A stretch of 64,000 nt of DNA from Minisyncoccia bacterium (GCA_038230075.1 JBBRNV010000002.1:62215-126214), one strand, 5' to 3'; counted from the stretch's first letter, positions 9,730 to 20,090 are shown. A program made the numbers and translations. The notes: generated by a model not told the origin, from the letters alone.

Positions 9730-10920
9730 ATGGCAGATTTTGATCGTTCAAAGCCTCACGTAAACGTGGGAACAATTGGTCACGTTGACCACGGTAAGAC
9801 AACTCTTACTGCGGCTATTCTTAATGTACTTTCACGAGCTGGAAAGATGGCAACTATTAAAGCAGTTGATCAAATTGACAAAGCTCCTGAAGAAAAAGCA
9901 CGAGGAATCACTATTTCTCTTTCACACAACGAATATGCTACTGATGCACGTCACTACGCGCACATCGATGCCCCAGGTCACGCTGACTACATCAAGAACA
10001 TGATTACAGGAGCTGCTCAGATGGACGGCGCTATTCTTGTAGTAGCCGCTACTGACGGTCCTATGCCTCAGACACGAGAACACGTTCTTTTGGCAAAGCA
10101 GGTGGGTGTGCCAAAGATCATTGTATTTCTAAACAAGTGCGACATGGTTGATGACAACGATCTTATTGATCTTGTTGAAGCAGAATGTCGAGAACTTCTT
10201 ACAAAGAATGGTTTTGATGGAGACAATGCTCCTGTAATTCGAGGTTCAGCTCTTAAAGCTCTTGAAGCAACAGACAACACAGATGAATGGTCAAAGAAAG
10301 TTCTTGAGCTTGCCGACGCTCTTGATTCATACATCCCAATCCCAATTCGAGAAACTGACAAGCCTTTCCTTATGCCAGTAGAAGACATCTTCTCAATTGA
10401 AGGACGAGGAACAGTAGTAACAGGACGAATCGAACGAGGAATTATCAAAGTAGGTGAAGAAGTTGAAGTTGTTGGTCTTAAAGACACTGCAAAAACAGTT
10501 GTTACAGGAATCGAAATGTTCAACAAATCACTTAACGAAGGTCAGGCTGGAGACAATGCCGGTATTCTTGTACGAGGTCTAAAGAAAGAAGACATCACAC
10601 GAGGACAGGTTCTCTCAAAGCCAGGATCAGTAAAGCCTCACACAGATTTCGAAGCAGAAGTATACATTCTTAAGAAAGAAGAAGGAGGACGACACACTCC
10701 ATTCTTCACAGGATACAAGCCTCAGTTCTACGTGCGAACAACAGACGTTACTGGAGAAGTATCATTGGCTGAAGGTGTAGAAATGGTTATGCCTGGAGAC
10801 ACTGTTACTTTCAAAGTTAAGCTCGTAGCCCCAATTGCTCTTGAAGAAAAGATGCGATTAGCTATTCGAGAAGGAGGAAAGACAGTAGGTGCTGGAGTTG
10901 TTACTAAGATTGTTGCCTAA
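9730..10920 (+). CDS. tuf: Translation elongation factor Tu
   Basis: [18 protein letters not shown] and NKCD motifs in a 396-aa protein. Confidence 0.97.
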   Translation: MADFDRSKPHVNVGTIGHVDHGKTTLTAAILNVLSRAGKMATIKAVDQIDKAPEEKARGITISLSHNEYATDARHYAHIDAPGHADYIKNMITGAAQMDGAILVVAATDGPMPQTREHVLLAKQVGVPKIIVFLNKCDMVDDNDLIDLVEAECRELLTKNGFDGDNAPVIRGSALKALEATDNTDEWSKKVLELADALDSYIPIPIRETDKPFLMPVEDIFSIEGRGTVVTGRIERGIIKVGEEVEVVGLKDTAKTVVTGIEMFNKSLNEGQAGDNAGILVRGLKKEDITRGQVLSKPGSVKPHTDFEAEVYILKKEEGGRHTPFFTGYKPQFYVRTTDVTGEVSLAEGVEMVMPGDTVTFKVKLVAPIALEEKMRLAIREGGKTVGAGVVTKIVA

Positions 10921-10944
10921 CTTTAATCATCTAAATCTAACTAC

Positions 10945-11304
10945 ATGGCTACGGAAGCAGTAAAAAAGACAAAGAAAGCGGTAGAAAAAAGTGAAGTTAC
11001 TTCACGACTCCGCATTCGTGTCCGAGCCTACGACTCAAAGATCCTTGATGCATCAGTAAAGCAAATCATGGACACAGCTCTTCGATTTGATGCAAAGGTT
11101 CTTGGCCCGGTTCCACTTCCAACTGAGATTAAGAAATATACAGTTAACCGCGCTGCGTTCGTATACAAAAATGCTCGAGAGCAGTTTGAAATGCGAATTC
11201 ACAAGCGATTGATCGACATTGTTAATCCAAATGCACGTATCATTGAAGCGCTTACTAACATAAGCCTTCCATCAGGTGTGAACATTGATGTGAAGATGAT
11301 GTAA
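10945..11304 (+). CDS. rpsJ: 30S ribosomal protein S10
   Basis: RIRVRAYD ... PLPT motif, plus position immediately after tuf. Confidence 0.95.
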   Translation: MATEAVKKTKKAVEKSEVTSRLRIRVRAYDSKILDASVKQIMDTALRFDAKVLGPVPLPTEIKKYTVNRAAFVYKNAREQFEMRIHKRLIDIVNPNARIIEALTNISLPSGVNIDVKMM

Positions 11305-11317
11305 TAAATATACTGAC

Positions 11318-11959
11318 ATGAAATTTATCCTCGGAACAAAAGTAAAAATGACTCAAATCTTCGACGAAGAAGGTTTAGTTCATCCTGTCACAATCATCAA
11401 GGTTGCACCTGCAGTTGTTACACAAGTTAAAACAAAAGCTAAAGATGGATATGAAGCAATTCAGGTTGGATACGGAGCAAAGAAAGAAAAGAATGCAAAC
11501 ATGCCACTTAAGGGTCACCTTAAAGCAACTGGTCTTTTCCAACATCTAAAAGAAATTCGAACTGAGAAATCAGAAAAGAAAGATTGGGTGATTGGAGAAA
11601 AGATTGAACCAACAGTTTTTGAGCCTGGCGAAAAAGTAACTGTTACTTCTGTTTCAAAAGGAAAAGGATTCCAAGGTGTAGTGAAGCGTCACGGCTTTGC
11701 TGGAGGTCCTCGATCTCACGGTCAGAAACACAGCGAACGAGAAGCTGGTTCTATCGGTACTGCTGGATTCCAGCGAGTATTTAAGAACATGCGAATGCCA
11801 GGACGAATGGGAGGCGACATTATTTCTACAAAAAATCTTGTAGTGATGAAGGTTGATGCTGAGAAAGGTGAAATGCTTATCGAAGGATCACTTCCAGGAC
11901 GAACAGGTGCTCTCATTGAAATCAAAGGACAGCCCGCTAAAGCTAAGAAGACAAAATAA
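11318..11959 (+). CDS. rplC: 50S ribosomal protein L3
   Basis: Sequence similarity to L3 and its position in the operon. Confidence 0.93.
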   Translation: MKFILGTKVKMTQIFDEEGLVHPVTIIKVAPAVVTQVKTKAKDGYEAIQVGYGAKKEKNANMPLKGHLKATGLFQHLKEIRTEKSEKKDWVIGEKIEPTVFEPGEKVTVTSVSKGKGFQGVVKRHGFAGGPRSHGQKHSEREAGSIGTAGFQRVFKNMRMPGRMGGDIISTKNLVVMKVDAEKGEMLIEGSLPGRTGALIEIKGQPAKAKKTK

Positions 11960-11972
11960 TTAATTAACTATC

Positions 11973-12647
11973 ATGGAAACCTCTGTATACAATCAAGAAG
12001 GAAAGGCTGTAGGAAAGCTTAATCTCCCAGAAGAAATCTTCGGACTTTCTTGGAATGCCGATTTGGTTCACCAAGTTGTTGAATCAATGATGAGTGCTGC
12101 TCGATCAAACATTGCGCACGCAAAAGATCGAAGTGAAGTTTCTGGAGGAGGAAAGAAGCCTTGGAAACAGAAGGGAACAGGTCGTGCTCGACACGGATCT
12201 ACTCGATCACCTATCTGGATTGGTGGAGGTAAAGCCCATGGTCCTCGAAAGGAAAAGAATTATGACCGAAAGGTTAATAAGAAGATGAAGACAAAAGCAC
12301 TCTTCACTATTCTTTCAAAGAAATTTAAAGATGGAGAAATTATCTTCCTTGAGAGTCTTTCAATGAAGGCTCCAAAAACAAAAGATGCAAAAGCATTCTT
12401 CGCGAATGTTTCAGCAACAAAAGGATTTGAAGGATTCAAAACAAAGAAAGTTAACAAAGCATTTATCGCTCTTTCAGAAAAAGATGTGAATGTTGAAAAG
12501 AGTTTCCGAAACTTTAATAACATTGAAGTTGGAGAAGTTCGAAACCTTAACCCATTGAATGTGCTTCGATACAAATATCTCGTTGTCGCAAAACCAGATC
12601 TTGCCCTAAGCGCACTTTCTTCTAAAGTTGAAGTTGCAAAAAAATAA
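11973..12647 (+). CDS. rplD: 50S ribosomal protein L4, with a C-terminal Lys-rich extension
   Basis: L4 core (GTGRARHGS..P) and position in the operon. Confidence 0.93.
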   Translation: METSVYNQEGKAVGKLNLPEEIFGLSWNADLVHQVVESMMSAARSNIAHAKDRSEVSGGGKKPWKQKGTGRARHGSTRSPIWIGGGKAHGPRKEKNYDRKVNKKMKTKALFTILSKKFKDGEIIFLESLSMKAPKTKDAKAFFANVSATKGFEGFKTKKVNKAFIALSEKDVNVEKSFRNFNNIEVGEVRNLNPLNVLRYKYLVVAKPDLALSALSSKVEVAKK

Positions 12648-12656
12648 AACATTATC

Positions 12657-12932
12657 ATGAATACACGATCAACAATTCTTCGACCTCGAATCACTGAAAA
12701 AGCAACCATGCTTGCAGAGATGAACGTATACACTTTTGAAGTGACAAAAGAAGCAACAAAAGCTTCAGTTGCTCGAGAGATCATGAGTATGTACAAAGTA
12801 ACTCCGGTCAAAGTAAATATCATTACAAATCCAGGAAAGAAAGTGGTAATGAAAGGAAAGGTTGGCCGAAGTTCTGGAGTTAAAAAAGCAGCTGTGTACC
12901 TAAAGAAAGGTGACACTATCGACATCGCATAA
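12657..12932 (+). CDS. rplW: 50S ribosomal protein L23
   Basis: Size, sequence and position in the operon. Confidence 0.9.
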   Translation: MNTRSTILRPRITEKATMLAEMNVYTFEVTKEATKASVAREIMSMYKVTPVKVNIITNPGKKVVMKGKVGRSSGVKKAAVYLKKGDTIDIA

Positions 12933-12953
12933 TCGCATTATTAAACACACCGT

Positions 12954-13796
12954 ATGAAAACCTTTAAACCAACAAGTAAATCACGACGAGGAATGACTGT
13001 TGTTTCGTATCGAAACTTCATCACTGCTTCTGAGCCTCTTAAGTCTCTTACAAAGGGATATAAGCGATCAGTAGGACGAAACAGTCAAGGACGAATCACC
13101 ACACGTCACAAAGGATCAGGTCACAAACGACTTTTCCGAGACGTAGACTTTTTCTACAACAAGAAAAATGTTCCTGGCCGAGTAGTTACTGTTGAATACG
13201 ATCCTAACCGATCAGGATTCATCGGGCTTGTTGTGTATAAAGATGGAGAAAAGAAATACATTCTTATTCCAAAATCTGTAAAGGTTGGAAGTGAGATCAT
13301 TGTTTCAGACAAAGCACCAATTGTTCCTGGAAACCGAATGATGTTACAAAATATTCCTGTTGGAACATTTGTATACAATGTTGAGCTTAAACCATTGGGT
13401 GGAGCAAAGCTTGCTCGATCAGCCGGAGATTTTGCTGAAGTTATTGCTCATGACGAAGGGTACACACTTCTTAAACTTCCTTCATCTGAAGTTCGAAAAA
13501 TCAAAGATACTGCTTGGGCATCAGTCGGAGAAGTATCAAATGATGAAAATCGACTCCAAAACTATGGAAAAGCTGGAAAAAGCCGATGGAAGGGTATTCG
13601 ACCAACAGTTCGAGGTACCGCCCAGAACGCCGTAGACCACCCATACGGAGGAGGAGAAGGACGACAAGGTCGAGGATTGCGTCGAGCCAAGACTCGTTGG
13701 GGTAAGCCAGTAGGAAAGGGACAAAAATCTCGAACTCCTAAGAAATACTCAAACAAGCATATTATCTCTCGACGAAAGGTCGGAAAGAAAAAATAG
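12954..13796 (+). CDS. rplB: 50S ribosomal protein L2
   Basis: Conserved L2 C-terminal region (GRNSQGRITTRHKGSGHK; PYGGGEGR). Confidence 0.96.
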   Translation: MKTFKPTSKSRRGMTVVSYRNFITASEPLKSLTKGYKRSVGRNSQGRITTRHKGSGHKRLFRDVDFFYNKKNVPGRVVTVEYDPNRSGFIGLVVYKDGEKKYILIPKSVKVGSEIIVSDKAPIVPGNRMMLQNIPVGTFVYNVELKPLGGAKLARSAGDFAEVIAHDEGYTLLKLPSSEVRKIKDTAWASVGEVSNDENRLQNYGKAGKSRWKGIRPTVRGTAQNAVDHPYGGGEGRQGRGLRRAKTRWGKPVGKGQKSRTPKKYSNKHIISRRKVGKKK

Positions 13797-13855
13797 AGCT
13801 TAAATCAACATTAAATTGACACTCGTATAAATTTTGATACTATTGCCTAACCCAT

Positions 13856-14197
13856 ATGACACGATCACTAAGTAAAGGTCCATATATTGACGAAAAACTT
13901 CTCTCAAAAATTGAGGGAAAAAACCCTCGAGAAACAGGGGTTATTAAGACATGGGCACGACGAAGCCAGATCTCTCCTGAAATGTTAGGCTTTACTTTCG
14001 GTGTTCACAACGGAAAAATTCATATCGAAGTATTGGTTACTGAAGAAATGATTGGTCACCGACTTGGCGAGTTTTCTCCTTCAAAGAAATTCACTAAGCA
14101 CGGAGGTAAAATGCAGAAAGAAATGGAGCAGGCTAAGAAAGATGCTGAAATTAATGCTGCAAAAGCTGCTAAAACAACAGCAGAAACTAAGAAATAA
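13856..14197 (+). CDS. rpsS: 30S ribosomal protein S19, with a Lys/Ala-rich C-terminal tail
   Basis: S19 core (GHRLGEF) and position in the operon. Confidence 0.93.
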   Translation: MTRSLSKGPYIDEKLLSKIEGKNPRETGVIKTWARRSQISPEMLGFTFGVHNGKIHIEVLVTEEMIGHRLGEFSPSKKFTKHGGKMQKEMEQAKKDAEINAAKAAKTTAETKK

Positions 14198-14205
14198 TTA
14201 TTTAT

Positions 14206-14583
14206 ATGAAAGCTTATCTCGCAAATTACAGACAATCACCACGAAAAGTACGACTACTTGCTGATTTGGTGCGAGGTAAAAGTGTTGCTCAAGCAGTTGA
14301 ACAACTTATGTTTACATACAAGCGAGCAGCAGCACCTATGATCAAAGTAATCAAAAGTGCCGCAGCAAACGCAACTCACAATAACCAAGCAAATCCTGAA
14401 GCTCTTTATATTAAAGGGATTCAAGTAAACAAAGGTCTTGTGATGAAGCGAATGATGCCTCGAGCCCGAGGATCAGCGTTTCAAATTTTAAAACGAACAA
14501 GTCATGTGTCTGTCGAACTTGCTGAAAAGGCAGTTGAGGCACCTAAAGTAGCTAAAAAGAAAGCAACAAAAAATACAAAGTAA
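14206..14583 (+). CDS. rplV: 50S ribosomal protein L22
   Basis: Sequence and position in the operon. Confidence 0.92.
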   Translation: MKAYLANYRQSPRKVRLLADLVRGKSVAQAVEQLMFTYKRAAAPMIKVIKSAAANATHNNQANPEALYIKGIQVNKGLVMKRMMPRARGSAFQILKRTSHVSVELAEKAVEAPKVAKKKATKNTK

Positions 14584-14587
14584 TTAT

Positions 14588-15253
14588 ATGTCACACCACG
14601 TACACCCATATGCACACCGACTAGGAATCATTCGAGATTGGAAATCTCGATGGTTTGGTGTTAACAAGCAATACCGAGACTTTCTTAAGTCAGATGTTCT
14701 TGTTCGACAATATCTCGAGAAGCGATTAAAGGGTATGTACATTGCTGCAATTGAAATGGAGCGAGGTCAGAAAACTCTTCGAATTCTCATTAAGACATCT
14801 CGACCAGGAATGATTATTGGACGAAGTGGGGAAGGAGCAGTAAAACTAAGACAAGACGTAATGAAGCAAATGAAGCGTCTAAAACTTGAACAATTTGGAG
14901 AGCTAAAGATTGATATCGAAGAAGTTCGATCACCAGAATCAAATGCACAGATCGTAGCTCAAATGGTTGCTGAAGGATTAGAAAAGCGAATGCCTTTCCG
15001 ACGAGTAATGAAGCAGATGGTTGAAAAGGTTATGGCAAATCGAGACGTAAAGGGAGTAAAAATCTACTTAGGAGGTCGCCTTGGTGGAGCAGACATGGCT
15101 CGTTCAGAAGTTTTGAAGAAGGGACAGATCCCTCTTCAGACATTCCGAGCAGACATTGATTACGCAACAACTCGAGCAACAATTGCTCAAGGAGATTTAG
15201 GAGTAAAGATCTGGATTTACAAGGGAGAAGTGTTTGAAAGTGATAAAAAGTAA
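14588..15253 (+). CDS. rpsC: 30S ribosomal protein S3
   Basis: KH domain plus the S3 C-terminal domain, and position in the operon. Confidence 0.95.
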   Translation: MSHHVHPYAHRLGIIRDWKSRWFGVNKQYRDFLKSDVLVRQYLEKRLKGMYIAAIEMERGQKTLRILIKTSRPGMIIGRSGEGAVKLRQDVMKQMKRLKLEQFGELKIDIEEVRSPESNAQIVAQMVAEGLEKRMPFRRVMKQMVEKVMANRDVKGVKIYLGGRLGGADMARSEVLKKGQIPLQTFRADIDYATTRATIAQGDLGVKIWIYKGEVFESDKK

Positions 15254-15266
15254 TTAATTAACCACC

Positions 15267-15686
15267 ATGTTATTCCCAAAGAAAGTAAAACATCGAAAAT
15301 GGCAAACAGGCCGAAGCAAGCGAAATGAAACTCGTATTGAAACTCGAGGTATTACTTTGGCTTTCGGATCATTTGGTTTAAAAGCTACTTCAAAAGCACG
15401 AGTTACTTCACGACAAATTGAATCAGCTCGAAAGGTGCTCGCACGAGCTGCAAGTAAAGTTGGAAAAGTTTGGATTCGAGTTTTCCCCGATCGACCTTTC
15501 ACTCAGAAAGCTGCAGAAGTAGGGATGGGTAAGGGTAAGGGAGATCCACAGGGATACTGTTTCGAAGTTCTTCCAGGGCGAATGATGTTCGAACTCGACG
15601 GCCTTGCATTAGCAGAAGCTAAAGAAGCTCTTCGAAAAGCGGGAACTAAACTTCCTGTTAAAACTCGAATCGTAGAACGAGAATAA
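15267..15686 (+). CDS. rplP: 50S ribosomal protein L16
   Basis: Sequence and position in the operon. Confidence 0.95.
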   Translation: MLFPKKVKHRKWQTGRSKRNETRIETRGITLAFGSFGLKATSKARVTSRQIESARKVLARAASKVGKVWIRVFPDRPFTQKAAEVGMGKGKGDPQGYCFEVLPGRMMFELDGLALAEAKEALRKAGTKLPVKTRIVERE

Positions 15687-15696
15687 ATATACATAT

Positions 15697-15906
15697 ATGG
15701 CAAAGAATCAATACAAAGGAAAAAATGTTAAGGACCTCGCAAAAGATTTGTCTTCAAAACAAGAAGCAATGAATAAATTTCGATTTACTCTTTCATCTGG
15801 AAAAGCAAAAAACAATAAAGAAGGAAGAAATCTTCGAAAAGAAATTGCTCAGATTTTAACTGAAATGAATGCGGCTCCAAAAGTAGTTAAAGCAAGCGTA
15901 AAATAA
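15697..15906 (+). CDS. rpmC: 50S ribosomal protein L29
   Basis: Size (69 aa) and position. Confidence 0.85.
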   Translation: MAKNQYKGKNVKDLAKDLSSKQEAMNKFRFTLSSGKAKNNKEGRNLRKEIAQILTEMNAAPKVVKASVK

Positions 15907-15911
15907 TTTAT

Positions 15912-16184
15912 ATGAAAACTCCATCAGCAAAAACATCAAAAAGTTCAGAGGCAACAACAGCATTAAAGCGAGAGCTTCAAGGTGTTGTTACTTCAGATAA
16001 GATGAAAGATACTATCGTTGTAAAGGTAGATCGATTTGTTAAACACCCAAAGTATGGTAAATTCCAGAAGCTTTCAAAGAAGTTTAAAGCTCACGACGCA
16101 GGAAACACAAAGAAAATTGGAGACATTGTAACAATTGTCGAATCACGACCAATTTCTAAAGATAAGCACTTTATCGTCAAATAA
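15912..16184 (+). CDS. rpsQ: 30S ribosomal protein S17, with an N-terminal extension
   Basis: S17 OB-fold core and position. Confidence 0.9.
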   Translation: MKTPSAKTSKSSEATTALKRELQGVVTSDKMKDTIVVKVDRFVKHPKYGKFQKLSKKFKAHDAGNTKKIGDIVTIVESRPISKDKHFIVK

Positions 16185-16193
16185 TTAACCATC

Positions 16194-16565
16194 ATGATAC
16201 AGCCACGAAGCATCGTAAATATTGCAGATAACTCAGGAGCCAAAATTGGCCGAATTTTCAAAGTACTTGGAAGTTCAAAAAAGCGATATGCTCAGCTTGG
16301 TGACTTGGTAGTACTCTCAGTTCAAAAAGCAGAACCTCGAAAAGCAGTTAAGAAGAAAGACGTTCTTCAAGGAGTAGTAGTTCGACAGCGACAAGCTTTC
16401 CGACGAAAAGATGGTTCATACGTTCGATTCGACGAAAACGCAGTGGTTATTCTTGAAAAAGGAAAGATGGATCCACTAGCTGGACGAATCTTCGGACCAA
16501 TTCCACGAGAAATTCAGGAAAAGGGTTTTCAGAAAATTGCTTCACTAGCACCTGAAATCGTATAA
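16194..16565 (+). CDS. rplN: 50S ribosomal protein L14
   Basis: MIQ..S.L..ADNSGAK start typical of L14. Confidence 0.96.
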   Translation: MIQPRSIVNIADNSGAKIGRIFKVLGSSKKRYAQLGDLVVLSVQKAEPRKAVKKKDVLQGVVVRQRQAFRRKDGSYVRFDENAVVILEKGKMDPLAGRIFGPIPREIQEKGFQKIASLAPEIV

Positions 16566-16579
16566 ATAAAGAAAAATAT

Positions 16580-16795
16580 ATGCATGTAAAAAAAGGAGAC
16601 AATATAACAGTAATCGCCGGAAAGGATAAAGGCAAAAAAGGAGCCATTATTCGATCTATCCCATCTAAAGATATGGTAATCGTTTCTGGTATCAACATGC
16701 GAAAGCGACATCAGAAAGCTCGAAAGCAAGGAGGAAAGGGTCAGATTCTTGAAATCGCTGCCCCACTTCATGTTTCTAACGTAAAGAAATCATAA
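16580..16795 (+). CDS. rplX: 50S ribosomal protein L24 (short form, 71 aa)
   Basis: KOW motif (VKKGD.V.VI.GKDKGK.G) and position. Confidence 0.9.
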   Translation: MHVKKGDNITVIAGKDKGKKGAIIRSIPSKDMVIVSGINMRKRHQKARKQGGKGQILEIAAPLHVSNVKKS

Positions 16796-16805
16796 CTATA
16801 CCTAT

Positions 16806-17351
16806 ATGAAAATTCCTACATTTAAAGAAAAAGAAGCATCAGCTATTAAAGCACTCGGACCTCAGTTCGGTATTAAGAATGTTATGCAGTCACCTCGAAT
16901 TGTTAAGGTTATCGTCACTTCAGCTACTGGATCTATCAAAGACGCTAAAAAGAAAGAACTTGTTGGAAATCGACTCGCTAAAATCACTGGTCAGAAAGCA
17001 GCTCCTCGAGCAGCAAAGAAATCAATTGCTTCATTTAAGGTGCGACAAGGAGACCCAGTAGGGTATCAGGTGACGCTTCGAGGTGAACGAATGCAAGACT
17101 TCCTTGATAAGGTTGTTAACATTGTTCTCCCTCGAACGCGTGACTTTCGTGGCTTAAATGCTAAGTCAATCGATTCAATGGGTAACTTCAACTTCGGTAT
17201 CAAAGAACACACAGTGTTCCCAGAAACTGCAGATGAAGAGCTCAAAGACGTCTTTGGAATGGGTGTTACTGTTGTGACCACTTCAAAGGATAAAGTTCTG
17301 ACAAAAGCGCTTCTTGAGCACTTTGGCTTCCTTTTCAAAAAAGAAGCTTAA
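16806..17351 (+). CDS. rplE: 50S ribosomal protein L5
   Basis: Sequence and position. Confidence 0.94.
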   Translation: MKIPTFKEKEASAIKALGPQFGIKNVMQSPRIVKVIVTSATGSIKDAKKKELVGNRLAKITGQKAAPRAAKKSIASFKVRQGDPVGYQVTLRGERMQDFLDKVVNIVLPRTRDFRGLNAKSIDSMGNFNFGIKEHTVFPETADEELKDVFGMGVTVVTTSKDKVLTKALLEHFGFLFKKEA

Positions 17352-17389
17352 ATCAAGGGTTTTTGAGCAGTTCGAGAGGGCGATTTTAA

Positions 17390-17418
17390 TTGACACCACA
17401 GTACGTTCTTGTTAGTAT
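17390..17418 (+). promoter_or_regulatory. Internal sigma70-like promoter (TTGACA-N17-TAGTAT) upstream of rpsN
   Basis: TTGACA at 17390-17395, a 17-nt spacer and TAGTAT at 17413-17418, in the roughly 100-nt rplE-rpsN gap. It has the same hexamers as the tuf promoter. Confidence 0.4.
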
Positions 17419-17450
17419 GTTGGGACCGCTTATTTAGCGCTTATTTATTT

Positions 17451-17636
17451 ATGGCAAAAACATCCGTCATTGCACGATCACAAAAGACACCGAAATTCAA
17501 AAGCCGAGTAGTTCGACGATGTTTTCGATGTGGACGAAAGAACGGCTACATGCGAGATTTCGATATGTGCCGAATCTGCTTCCGTGAATTAGCAAACGAA
17601 GGAAAGCTCCCAGGAGTTAAGAAATCATCTTGGTAA
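17451..17636 (+). CDS. rpsN: 30S ribosomal protein S14, zinc-binding type Z (61 aa)
   Basis: CxxC...CxxC motif (RCFRCGR ... MCRICFRE). The start is taken at the internal ATG at 17451, not the longer ORF beginning at 17409. Confidence 0.9.
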   Translation: MAKTSVIARSQKTPKFKSRVVRRCFRCGRKNGYMRDFDMCRICFRELANEGKLPGVKKSSW

Positions 17637-17646
17637 TTATATCTAT

Positions 17647-18048
17647 ATGCGAGACCACATTGCCGAACTCATCAATAAAATCAAGAATGCAAGCTCACAA
17701 AGCTTAGAGTCTATTACAGTTCCTCACACAAAAATGGTTCTTGCAGTTGCTGAGCTTCTACAAAAAGAAGGATGGGTGGCAAGTATTACAAAGCATGCTG
17801 GCAAAGCTAAGAAGAGTGAAAAAACTCTTGAAATTGCACTTTCATACAATGAAGACAAATCTCCTCGAGTAATTGGCGTAGAGCGAGTTTCAAAATTCTC
17901 ACAGCGACTTTACACAGGATATAAAAATATTCGATCAGTTCGATCAGGATACGGGTTAACAGTAATCACGACTCCAAAGGGAATCATGACAGACATGAAT
18001 GCTAAGAAAGAAAAAGTGGGAGGCGAACCTCTCTTCAAGATTTGGTAA
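17647..18048 (+). CDS. rpsH: 30S ribosomal protein S8
   Basis: Sequence and position. Confidence 0.94.
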   Translation: MRDHIAELINKIKNASSQSLESITVPHTKMVLAVAELLQKEGWVASITKHAGKAKKSEKTLEIALSYNEDKSPRVIGVERVSKFSQRLYTGYKNIRSVRSGYGLTVITTPKGIMTDMNAKKEKVGGEPLFKIW

Positions 18049-18061
18049 TTTATATACATAT

Positions 18062-18595
18062 ATGTCACGAATTGGAAAACAATCTATTGAAATCCCAGCA
18101 AAAACAGAAGTAACTGTTAAAGATGGACTAGTAACTATAAAAGGAGCTCAGGGAACTATCTCTCGATCTTTTAAGAGTTCAATTATTATTGAAGTAAAAG
18201 ATAATCACATTAATCTTGTTCCAAAGAAGTCTGATCTTGAAACAAATGCACTTTGGGGAACATATGCTTCACACATTTTCAATATGGTAGAAGGAGCAAA
18301 CAAACTTTTCACAAAAAAACTCATTGTTGAAGGAATTGGATACAAAGCAGATGTTCAGACAACAAATCTTGTTTTAACAATTGGTTTCTCACACCCTATC
18401 ATTCTTGCAATCCCTGAAGGCTTAAAAGTAACGGTAGAAAAAGGAGTAATCACTATTAGTGGTGTCGACAAAGAAGTTGTTGGTCAATTTGCTGCAGAAA
18501 TTCGATCGTACAAGAAACCTGAACCATATAAGGGAAAGGGAATTCGGTACGAAAAAGAAGTGGTTCGACGAAAACAAGGTAAAAAATCAGTATAA
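18062..18595 (+). CDS. rplF: 50S ribosomal protein L6
   Basis: MSRIGK start typical of L6. The internal start at 18062 is preferred over the ORF start at 17999, which overlaps rpsH. Confidence 0.93.
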   Translation: MSRIGKQSIEIPAKTEVTVKDGLVTIKGAQGTISRSFKSSIIIEVKDNHINLVPKKSDLETNALWGTYASHIFNMVEGANKLFTKKLIVEGIGYKADVQTTNLVLTIGFSHPIILAIPEGLKVTVEKGVITISGVDKEVVGQFAAEIRSYKKPEPYKGKGIRYEKEVVRRKQGKKSV

Positions 18596-18603
18596 TTATT
18601 TTT

Positions 18604-18954
18604 ATGGCTATTCTTACAAACAAAACAGAAAAGCGAGCACGACGACAACGACGAATCAGATCGAAGGTTTCTGGCACAACAGAACGACCACGCCTTTCTG
18701 TTTTCAAATCATCAAAGTATATACACGCTCAGATTATTGATGATACTAAAGCAACAACTCTTGTTGGTCTTTCATCAAAAGATGTTAAGGCAAAAACAAA
18801 AACTGATGCATCTCGTCAACTTGGTCTTAAGTTGGCAGAACTTGCGAAGGCAAAGAAAATCGATAAAGTTGTCTTTGATCGAGGAGGATACATTTATACA
18901 GGTCGTGTAAAAGCATTGGCAGACGCCGCACGAGAAGGAGGTCTTATCTTTTAA
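18604..18954 (+). CDS. rplR: 50S ribosomal protein L18
   Basis: Sequence and position. Confidence 0.93.
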   Translation: MAILTNKTEKRARRQRRIRSKVSGTTERPRLSVFKSSKYIHAQIIDDTKATTLVGLSSKDVKAKTKTDASRQLGLKLAELAKAKKIDKVVFDRGGYIYTGRVKALADAAREGGLIF

Positions 18955-18960
18955 TACATT

Positions 18961-19629
18961 ATGTCTGAAACTACACCAACAATTCAAACAGCAGCTTCAT
19001 CTCCCGTAACAGGAGGCTCAATGCTCGCACCTAACAGCGCCGTAGAACAGCATGAAACTCGATCAGGGGGATTCAGCGGATCTCGATCAGGAGGAGGATT
19101 CAGTGGGGGTTCTCGATCAAAGAATGATCGAAAGCCGCGACGAGAACCTCGAGCTAAACCAGAATTCGATCAGAAAATCATCAGTATTCGACGAGTAACT
19201 CGAGTTGCTGCCGGAGGACGACGATTCAGTTTCAGTGTTGCTCTTGTTGCTGGAAACCGAAAAGGTAAAGTTGGTGTAGGAACAGGAAAAGCTGGAGACA
19301 CATCTCTTGCTATCGAAAAAGCGCTTAAGAGTGCAAAGAAGAACATGATCACTGTTCCTTTCACTAACAATCAATCAATTCCTCACGAAGTATTCGCTAA
19401 ATACTCAAGCGCTCTTGTTCACATGCAACCAGCAAAAGGAAGAGGAGTAGCCGCTGGAAGTTCTGTTCGAGACGTTATCGAACTTGCAGGTATCAAAGAT
19501 ATCAATGCAAAGCTTCGATCAGGAACAAAAAATAAACTCAATAATGCACAAGCTGCTATTAAAGCGCTTTCAATGCTCGCAACAAAGCCAGCACGACGAG
19601 TCGCCCAAACAGCCGAAGCTGTAAAATAA
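18961..19629 (+). CDS. rpsE: 30S ribosomal protein S5, with a roughly 60-aa Gly/Ser/Arg-rich N-terminal extension
   Basis: S5 dsRBD and C-terminal domain. Low-complexity N-terminus. Confidence 0.93.
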   Translation: MSETTPTIQTAASSPVTGGSMLAPNSAVEQHETRSGGFSGSRSGGGFSGGSRSKNDRKPRREPRAKPEFDQKIISIRRVTRVAAGGRRFSFSVALVAGNRKGKVGVGTGKAGDTSLAIEKALKSAKKNMITVPFTNNQSIPHEVFAKYSSALVHMQPAKGRGVAAGSSVRDVIELAGIKDINAKLRSGTKNKLNNAQAAIKALSMLATKPARRVAQTAEAVK

Positions 19630-19643
19630 ATAATTAAACTGCC

Positions 19644-20090
19644 ATGCAATTTCACACCCTTACACGAGTAAATAAAAATAAGAAATCAGTTAAAGTTGGC
19701 CGTGGAGGCAAACGAGGTAAAACTGCTGGTCGTGGAACAAAAGGTCAGAAAGCTCGAGCCGGACGAAAACTTCGACCAGAACTTCGAGATATCATCAAAA
19801 AGTATCCTAAGCTTCGAGGGCGAGGTGTTAATTCAAACCTTTCAATTCAAACAAAACCTCTTGTTGTTAATCTTCGAGAAATTGAATCATCATTTAAAGG
19901 AACAGAAGTTACTCCAAAGACACTTGTTGAATCAGGAATTATCTCAATTCATAAAGGAATGACACCAAAGGTTAAAATCCTTTCTATGGGTGAACTTACA
20001 AAGAAACTCGTATTCTCAAACTGTGAAGTCTCAGCAGGTGCTAAGACAAAGATCGAAAAGGTTGGTGGTGAGGTTAAAGCAAAAGCGTAA
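19644..20090 (+). CDS. rplO: 50S ribosomal protein L15
   Basis: GRGxxxGxGKTxGRG motif. It follows rpsE directly with a 14-nt gap, and there is no rpmD (L30) gene between them. Confidence 0.93.
   Translation: MQFHTLTRVNKNKKSVKVGRGGKRGKTAGRGTKGQKARAGRKLRPELRDIIKKYPKLRGRGVNSNLSIQTKPLVVNLREIESSFKGTEVTPKTLVESGIISIHKGMTPKVKILSMGELTKKLVFSNCEVSAGAKTKIEKVGGEVKAKA

Noticed and set aside
10068-10526. 152-aa ORF antisense to tuf, and similar antisense ORFs across the r-protein operon (e.g. 12260..12925)
   Set aside because: They lie opposite highly conserved genes, are Ser/Arg/Thr-rich, and carry no signals.
19644-19650. Searched the rpsE-rplO junction for a short rpmD (L30) ORF
   Set aside because: There is only a 14-nt gap, so L30 is absent and not merely missed.
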